The translations under genes were made by a program, and so were the position numbers. Below are positions 59,001-64,000 of a stretch of DNA of 64,000 bases, piece by piece. Numbering within the stretch: the stretch's first letter is position 1; each line of letters opens with the position of its first letter. The notes under the pieces are model-generated. The model worked only from the letters and a program-made list of their open reading frames with translations. It did no database searches and was not told where the DNA came from. The stretch lies in NCBI GenBank assembly GCA_028279595.1, contig JANQNK010000020.1, positions 320,001 through 384,000 on the forward strand. Direction: 5' to 3'. Source of the stretch: Thermoplasmatota archaeon (lineage in GTDB: Archaea > Thermoplasmatota > JAKEGO01).

Positions 59001-62000
59001 TGGCGATGGGATCGGGGACACGCCCTATTACATGGGGGGAACAGGGAACGGTACAGATCGGTATCCCTTGATGGATCCATGGAACGGTTCGATAGACAGA
59101 TCGGGGAATGGTTCTGGGAATCAGACGCAAAATCCCGCACTAATCATCGTTGATGACGATGGTGGTAGATGGGCAGATTATACACGAGTGCCTGATGCCA
59201 TAGAGAACGCAAATGAGAATGACAGGATTTTGATATACGATGGTTATTACTCGATCGATTCCCTAGAGATTAATAGAACACTAGAATTGATCGGTAATGG
59301 GTCCGCTGATACCATGCTATCGGGTCAGATGACATTTACCGATAATTCGATACGAGTCTCGAACCTGACAATTTCAGCAACCGGAGGACATGGCGATTAC
59401 GGACTCGTCATTCATTCAGATTCGAATATCGTTGAACATATCAGGATTCAGAAGTTCGGAAGGGGTATATATCTACTCAACGAAGCACAGGACAATGAAA
59501 TCCGGGATACCTATCTATTTGACAATAACAGGGGTGTTGTCATTTCCAGGTCCTATGGAAATCGATTGGTGAATAACACCATCGATGAATCGGTGATCGG
59601 CATCGAACTGGAGAGATCGGAACGAACGGTTATCCGTAATAACAATTTCGTCTACGGGAGTGGTATATACATTCATGGTGATAGACTTTCACACTGGAAT
59701 ACGCACTGGATCGATGACTCGAACGTAGTCCAAGGTCATCGGATCCATTACATCTCAAACGCAACCAATCTAGAGATAAACGGGACCTACGGTCAGGTAA
59801 TATTGGTAAATTCCAGCCAAGTGTCAATTAAAAAATGTAAGATCAATGGGTCAAGCATCGGTATCCAACTTGGATTCTCTACCAATAACACGATCATGAA
59901 GAACGAGATTACCTGGCAATATTACTATGACATATTCCTTTACAGATCGGATCGGAATATCATTCAAGATAACCTAATGAAGAAAAACTATCACAATGGG
60001 ATCCACATCAAGGATTCTTCTGATAATCACATCAATGATAACGCGTTCATAACGTTTTACGATTTTGGATTGTGGCTCGATAATTGTACAAGCACGACAA
60101 TTAATAACAATACATTCCGACCATACGTCGATTTCGATCTAGCCATTCAATTAGAGGTCACAAACAGCTCGGTCATCACGCATAATAATTTCAAGGCCGG
60201 TTCGGGGACAGTCATAGACATCGCACCATCCTGCTATCAAAACGTCCTACATCACAACAATTTCCCGTATGGAGAATCTGTCCATGATTATGAAGGAAAC
60301 TCCACATGGGATGACGGATCTGAAGGTAATTATTGGTCTTCATACGGTGGAAAGGATTCAAATAACGACGGAATCGGCGATACTCCGTTCTATATCGATA
60401 ATTCGACTGGGTCCGTGGATTACTTCCCCTTAATGGAACCGAACGGATCAAGGACCAACGTCAGCACACCAAGGACCTGGACCGTCGACGATGACAACGG
60501 ATCTTGGGCTGATTTCAGATCAATTACAAATGCTGTTGCTGCTGCGAGTAGTGGCGATACCCTTCGGATATATTCTGGGATCTACAGAGAGCATTTCGTT
60601 TTAGATAGAAGTCTGAAATTAATCGGAAATGGATCGAGTTCAAGGATAATCGGATGGAAGAATGGAACGACAGTCATGATTGACGCTGATTACTGTACGA
60701 TAAGTAATCTTAACTTTTCGAAGGACGAAGTGTTCTATCAAGCAACGACATTCGATACGTATGCAGACCTCCGGAGAGGTCCAGTCGGCGTGGTAAATCT
60801 GAATGTAAATAATTGTTCAATGTCAAGTAGGAACCTCGCCGTCTTTAAATACGTAAACGAATCTCGTTTCGAGAACAACTACCTTTACGGATATACCTTC
60901 GGAATCGAAATACAATTCTCAAACAGTTGGTTAATCCAGGATAACATATTCGTTAATGGATCAAACGGTCACGGGCCATTATATATCGAAGAATCAGAGG
61001 ACATCAACATATATTCGAATCAGATGGATAATGTCAATACATCTGTAATCACGTTAGATAACTGCCGATCCTCATTCATTTCCTTTAACACAATTTCAAA
61101 TTGTACTCGTGATGGAATTCATATTACATATGGATCAGATACGATATTGATCAGTAATAATTCGATTACTGGATCAGGAAGATATGGCATCTGGATACGA
61201 TATTCATCAAATGCCACTGTGATGAATAACATCGTCAAGAATGGTACCGGGATTGGAGTTCTCGTTACCGGAGCTAGTAATGAAAACTGGGCCCATGATA
61301 ATACAATTTACCACAATTACATATCTTCGAACAGCGGTCCAGGTATCGTATTGCATTCCCTCGGATCTAGTGCAGACTATCTATTCCATAACCAAATCTA
61401 TAGGAACCTAATCATCGATAACAATGTATCAGGGGTCCAAGCGAAATGCAACGTTGAAGACAACTACTGGGATAATGGTAGTCTAGGTAATTATTGGTCC
61501 GATTACAACGGAACCGACATCGATGGTGACGGAATCGGAGAGACACCGTATTACATCAATGGCGATGTAAATGCAATTGATAGATATCCACTCACTGAAA
61601 CCTTCGCCTCCTCAAATGGGATAGATATTGAGTTGTCAAATATTTCTTTCGATGGATATCTCGTGGACGGAGAGACCATTACAGTCACTATCTCTTTAGG
61701 TACCCACTCCGGTATCCCCCACGAATCGAACATCACAATCCGTTTGAAGGTCCTTCTAGATGGCGACGAGGTCCAGAACTTCACACAGGACCTCACAATA
61801 GACTCTGGTTATAGCAACCTGACCTTCGATCATAACATCACCCTCAACGGTACTGGCGATTTCACCTTCGAAGCCGAGATCGTTCATGATAATGAGACGA
61901 TAGTGTCCGACAGCACGTCTGTCACCACCAGTGAGGCGGTCTACTCGTTTTCCCTAGTTCTGGACCGCCTCACACCCGGTGCCGATCCGGGGGACGACAT

Positions 62001-62931
62001 CGAGTACGAGCTCGAGGTGAAGAACAGCGGGAACGTGCCTCAGACGATCCGTCTATCTTGTTCGAAGGGTTGGATCAATTTCTCCAAAACGACCCTGTTC
62101 ATCCACCCAGACGGATCAGGATACTCGACCATCACAGCGTCGATCCCGTCGGACGCAACAGGGTCAGTGAACTTCACCATCGTTGCCAAGAGCTATGACA
62201 AGGACAACGATATCGTGAACTCCGGCAATGCTCCAGTGACCATCACCCTGGATGACGAGAGCGAGGACGACGACCCAGAGCGCATCGTATGGGTCTTCGT
62301 GGGAGCTGGAATAATGATTGGTGCCGGCATCCTCATCGGCACCGAGATAGGATTATACGCTCTCATGACACTCTTCATGCCGTTGTACTCCCGGGTGAAG
62401 GGCGAGAAGGTCCTGGACAACTTCGTACGCGGTCAGATCTACGGTTACGTTGTCGCAAATCCAGGTGCCAGCTTCAATCAGATCAGGAAGGCTCTCAGTC
62501 TCCACAATGGACAGTTCGCCTACCACGTGCAGGTGCTCGGTCGCGAGAAGTACATCCGGATCCAGCGTGACGGCATCTACACTCGGTTCTATCCTGCACC
62601 GATGAATGGAGGAGCGATCCCTGTCACAGGGATGCGCGCCGATATCTTCCACGTCATCCGCGAGAACCCTGGCATATCCCAGAAGGAGATCGCGAAGACC
62701 CTCGGGATCAGCAATCAGCTCGTCAGCTACCATGTTATGAGGCTCCGGGAGAGGAAGCTCCTCAAGGTCAAGCAGAAGGGACGTCGGTCGCTCCTATTCG
62801 AGAGGAAGCGCCACGCGAAGGTCGTCGATGATGACATGGATTTCATGGAGGACGATATCGTCGGTGAGGAGGGGCCCGTGATGGGCTCCATCCCCGTGGA
62901 CCCGCTCGATACTGACGAGGAGAACACATAG
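56074..62931 (+). CDS. Giant protein: four beta-helix modules, Ig-like domains, TM segment and cytoplasmic tandem winged-helix domains
   Basis: Signal peptide; four VDD..W.D modules each closed by GNYW.DY.G.D..DGIGD; then PLYSR..VLDNFVRGQIY..NPG and NPGISQKEIAKTLGISNQLVSYHV wHTH motifs. Confidence 0.9.
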   Translation: MRVSKMKGTLAILFIVVCFAMVLPQAAGDTIVVDDDGGAWADYSNIQEAVNASSEGDVIRIFNGTYSSHIEIEINVSLIGNGTNETRIVRNWTNHVIFNVNHHNVTISDMMLTDVTGDHSTGIYLYGEPPDEIVNDLTVERVLFENLTIGITISGSSNNRIENCTFIDEEIAVNIDWSTNNYYRNNTMINCGLEFAGYGVKDQKFEYMDHDIDTSNTANGRPVVYIKDQVGGSIPTDPGQVIVFNSTDIKIENLNITDATGGIYVGYSDRISISNNTLIDNRLAGIFVITLNDSLIHNNTIIGSIGVGNRYGTGLKLTTYCNNNTVSGNTISNSNDQGLALTGLGTNNRILSNHVYMNGGAGIGISYSHNNMIFDNICDSNLIGVGMSDSSYNNATNNTCTHNEESGISVFRDAHWNVVFDNVVMNNDRYGIVIDGLEHLPSGNNSVIHNQILKNQNYGLAVFEKPTKEVSFNSTIYDNIFWKNGKPTSQGYDDGVNSAWDNGTTGNYWHDYKGRDADHDGIGDSAYDIDGNANVQDRYPLMYPWKGSLIPFTWIVDDNWGSWWDFDSIQDAVDASSDGDTIRVYSGYYDEAIVLDNQLSIIGNGSNSTTIHGDVNDGNQTGDNYNTITIEADYCILSDLFISYSGSEEYSAGIGVFADEIQLTNIELRHNRFGIYINGSNNVSISNFDIQDNTAAIRIYDSSNVTIDSFQISINQSYNRSAQEQTIIIERSTNLSVMSTTGHYLRFVRCEDVSVEESTIEHMWLQTSYWVTISHCVLVNDDGIIMQDGGMIDIDRVTVRNSIDDGISVGDGARKIRITNSTISNCTNTGILLSIDTEDVSIIDCTISKCGDDGINLRMDVVTISNVTISDCNRSIIRIDGDDCEISNGSFSNCSGTIQVLLDGNGNMIKDSEFFVDDSYGIYLTNICDDTEIYHNNFHSLSNSTTFVYQENGTYNLWDNGSAGNYWSDYDGSDDDGDGIGDTPYYMGGTGNGTDRYPLMDPWNGSIDRSGNGSGNQTQNPALIIVDDDGGRWADYTRVPDAIENANENDRILIYDGYYSIDSLEINRTLELIGNGSADTMLSGQMTFTDNSIRVSNLTISATGGHGDYGLVIHSDSNIVEHIRIQKFGRGIYLLNEAQDNEIRDTYLFDNNRGVVISRSYGNRLVNNTIDESVIGIELERSERTVIRNNNFVYGSGIYIHGDRLSHWNTHWIDDSNVVQGHRIHYISNATNLEINGTYGQVILVNSSQVSIKKCKINGSSIGIQLGFSTNNTIMKNEITWQYYYDIFLYRSDRNIIQDNLMKKNYHNGIHIKDSSDNHINDNAFITFYDFGLWLDNCTSTTINNNTFRPYVDFDLAIQLEVTNSSVITHNNFKAGSGTVIDIAPSCYQNVLHHNNFPYGESVHDYEGNSTWDDGSEGNYWSSYGGKDSNNDGIGDTPFYIDNSTGSVDYFPLMEPNGSRTNVSTPRTWTVDDDNGSWADFRSITNAVAAASSGDTLRIYSGIYREHFVLDRSLKLIGNGSSSRIIGWKNGTTVMIDADYCTISNLNFSKDEVFYQATTFDTYADLRRGPVGVVNLNVNNCSMSSRNLAVFKYVNESRFENNYLYGYTFGIEIQFSNSWLIQDNIFVNGSNGHGPLYIEESEDINIYSNQMDNVNTSVITLDNCRSSFISFNTISNCTRDGIHITYGSDTILISNNSITGSGRYGIWIRYSSNATVMNNIVKNGTGIGVLVTGASNENWAHDNTIYHNYISSNSGPGIVLHSLGSSADYLFHNQIYRNLIIDNNVSGVQAKCNVEDNYWDNGSLGNYWSDYNGTDIDGDGIGETPYYINGDVNAIDRYPLTETFASSNGIDIELSNISFDGYLVDGETITVTISLGTHSGIPHESNITIRLKVLLDGDEVQNFTQDLTIDSGYSNLTFDHNITLNGTGDFTFEAEIVHDNETIVSDSTSVTTSEAVYSFSLVLDRLTPGADPGDDIEYELEVKNSGNVPQTIRLSCSKGWINFSKTTLFIHPDGSGYSTITASIPSDATGSVNFTIVAKSYDKDNDIVNSGNAPVTITLDDESEDDDPERIVWVFVGAGIMIGAGILIGTEIGLYALMTLFMPLYSRVKGEKVLDNFVRGQIYGYVVANPGASFNQIRKALSLHNGQFAYHVQVLGREKYIRIQRDGIYTRFYPAPMNGGAIPVTGMRADIFHVIRENPGISQKEIAKTLGISNQLVSYHVMRLRERKLLKVKQKGRRSLLFERKRHAKVVDDDMDFMEDDIVGEEGPVMGSIPVDPLDTDEENT

Positions 62932-62983
62932 TTACGCTCATCTCCCCGGTCAACTTTAATACAGACACCGCCATGCCGACGCG

Positions 62984-63670
62984 ATGAAGTACGACGCAGT
63001 CATCTTCGATCTCTTCGGGACGCTCATCGACACGTTCACGTTCGAGGACTACCACGAGACGATAGCGGAGATGACCGAGGTCCTGGACGCCTCATTCGAC
63101 CAGTTCCTCGCGGCATGGATCGAGTCCTTCATTCCCAGGACGACGGGTGCCTTCAGCTCAACGGCTGAGAACATCTGGCATGTCTCCAATGAGATCGGCC
63201 TTGAACCGACCCAGGAGCAGGTGGACGAGGTCGTCAAACTGAGGCACAAGTGGACCAGGCATTGGATCACTCCACGTTCCGACGCGATCTCGACGCTGGC
63301 GGAACTCAGGGAGATGGGACACAGGATCGGCCTCATCACCGACTGTTCCATCGAGGTCCCGACCGTGTGGCAGGAGACCGAGTTCCCGCCGTACTTCGAT
63401 TCGACGATATTCTCCGCATCCGTCGGGATGAAGAAACCCGATCCCAAGATATACAACCTCTGTTGCGAGCAGCTCGGTGTCGAGCCGGACAGATGTCTCT
63501 ATATCGGCGACGGCTCCAGCCGTGAACTCACCGGTGCAAAGGAGATGGGGATGACACCCATACTCATAGTGGCTCCCGGTGACGACTACTTCGTCGAGAG
63601 GAAGGACGCCGTCGAGTGGACCGGACCGAGGATAGCTCATCTATCGGAGGTCCTAGACTACGTTCAGTGA
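62984..63670 (+). CDS. HAD-superfamily hydrolase
   Basis: IFDLFGTL, KKPDPKIY, YIGDG. Confidence 0.93.
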   Translation: MKYDAVIFDLFGTLIDTFTFEDYHETIAEMTEVLDASFDQFLAAWIESFIPRTTGAFSSTAENIWHVSNEIGLEPTQEQVDEVVKLRHKWTRHWITPRSDAISTLAELREMGHRIGLITDCSIEVPTVWQETEFPPYFDSTIFSASVGMKKPDPKIYNLCCEQLGVEPDRCLYIGDGSSRELTGAKEMGMTPILIVAPGDDYFVERKDAVEWTGPRIAHLSEVLDYVQ

Positions 63671-63712
63671 GCAGACGGTAATGAGTTAAATGGGAAGTTC
63701 CATAACCGTCCG

Positions 63713-64000
63713 ATGGTCTGCGCGTACGGGGGCTGCGACCGGGACGTCATGGACGGGTCCGAATACTGTATCTATCATGCATCTTCCAAGCAGAAAGTGG
63801 ATCGTTGGCCAGAGGTCAATGAATCGTTCGTCGAGCTTGTCGATAGAGGCAATCTGAACTTCGACGGATTCGTACTCAAGGATGTCGATCTCTCGGGTAA
63901 GAAGATCTCAGGGAACGTGTCATTCATCAACGCGAAATTCCTTGGCCAGAGCTCGTTCAGAAACGTCGTGTTCAAGGGCTCTGCCGACTTCCACGGAGCC
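63713..64000 (+). CDS. Pentapeptide-repeat protein, partial (runs off the right edge)
   Basis: Not in the ORF track. MVCAYGGC...YCIYH (Cys/His N-terminus), then VSFINAKFLGQSSFRNVVFKGSADFHGA. Confidence 0.75.
   Translation, partial: MVCAYGGCDRDVMDGSEYCIYHASSKQKVDRWPEVNESFVELVDRGNLNFDGFVLKDVDLSGKKISGNVSFINAKFLGQSSFRNVVFKGSADFHGA

Overview
This is a GC-rich archaeal chromosome segment, most likely from an uncultured Thermoplasmata lineage. The evidence is the archaeal exosome/proteasome operon, an A-type ATPase, TATA-box promoters and a heliorhodopsin close to the Thermoplasmatales type. Housekeeping content: secE, tpiA, rpiA, hisS, psmA-SBDS-rrp4-rrp41-rrp42-rpl37ae-rpoP-pcc1, tRNA-Val(TAC), and an A1Ao ATPase operon H-I-K-E-C-F-A-B with no D gene. 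Four giant surface proteins (beta-helix, PKD, CARDB, FG-GAP) take up about 23 kb. There is also an SPFH/HtpX/zinc-ribbon cluster, an exosortase-family protein, a CBS-HPF ribosome-hibernation-like protein and a bacterial-type queA. The most striking observations are: (1) the ATPase rotor subunit K/c is fused to a signal peptide and an extracellular PKD domain, in an operon that lacks the central-stalk gene D; (2) a 2285-aa four-module beta-helix surface protein is fused through a membrane segment to a tandem winged-helix regulator; (3) an orphan multi-stem RNA candidate has its own promoter; (4) a palindrome built from tRNA-Val fragments sits beside the tRNA; (5) an archaeon carries queA. No CRISPR array, rRNA, transposase or integrase was recognised. 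All assignments come from motif reading by eye, not from database searches.
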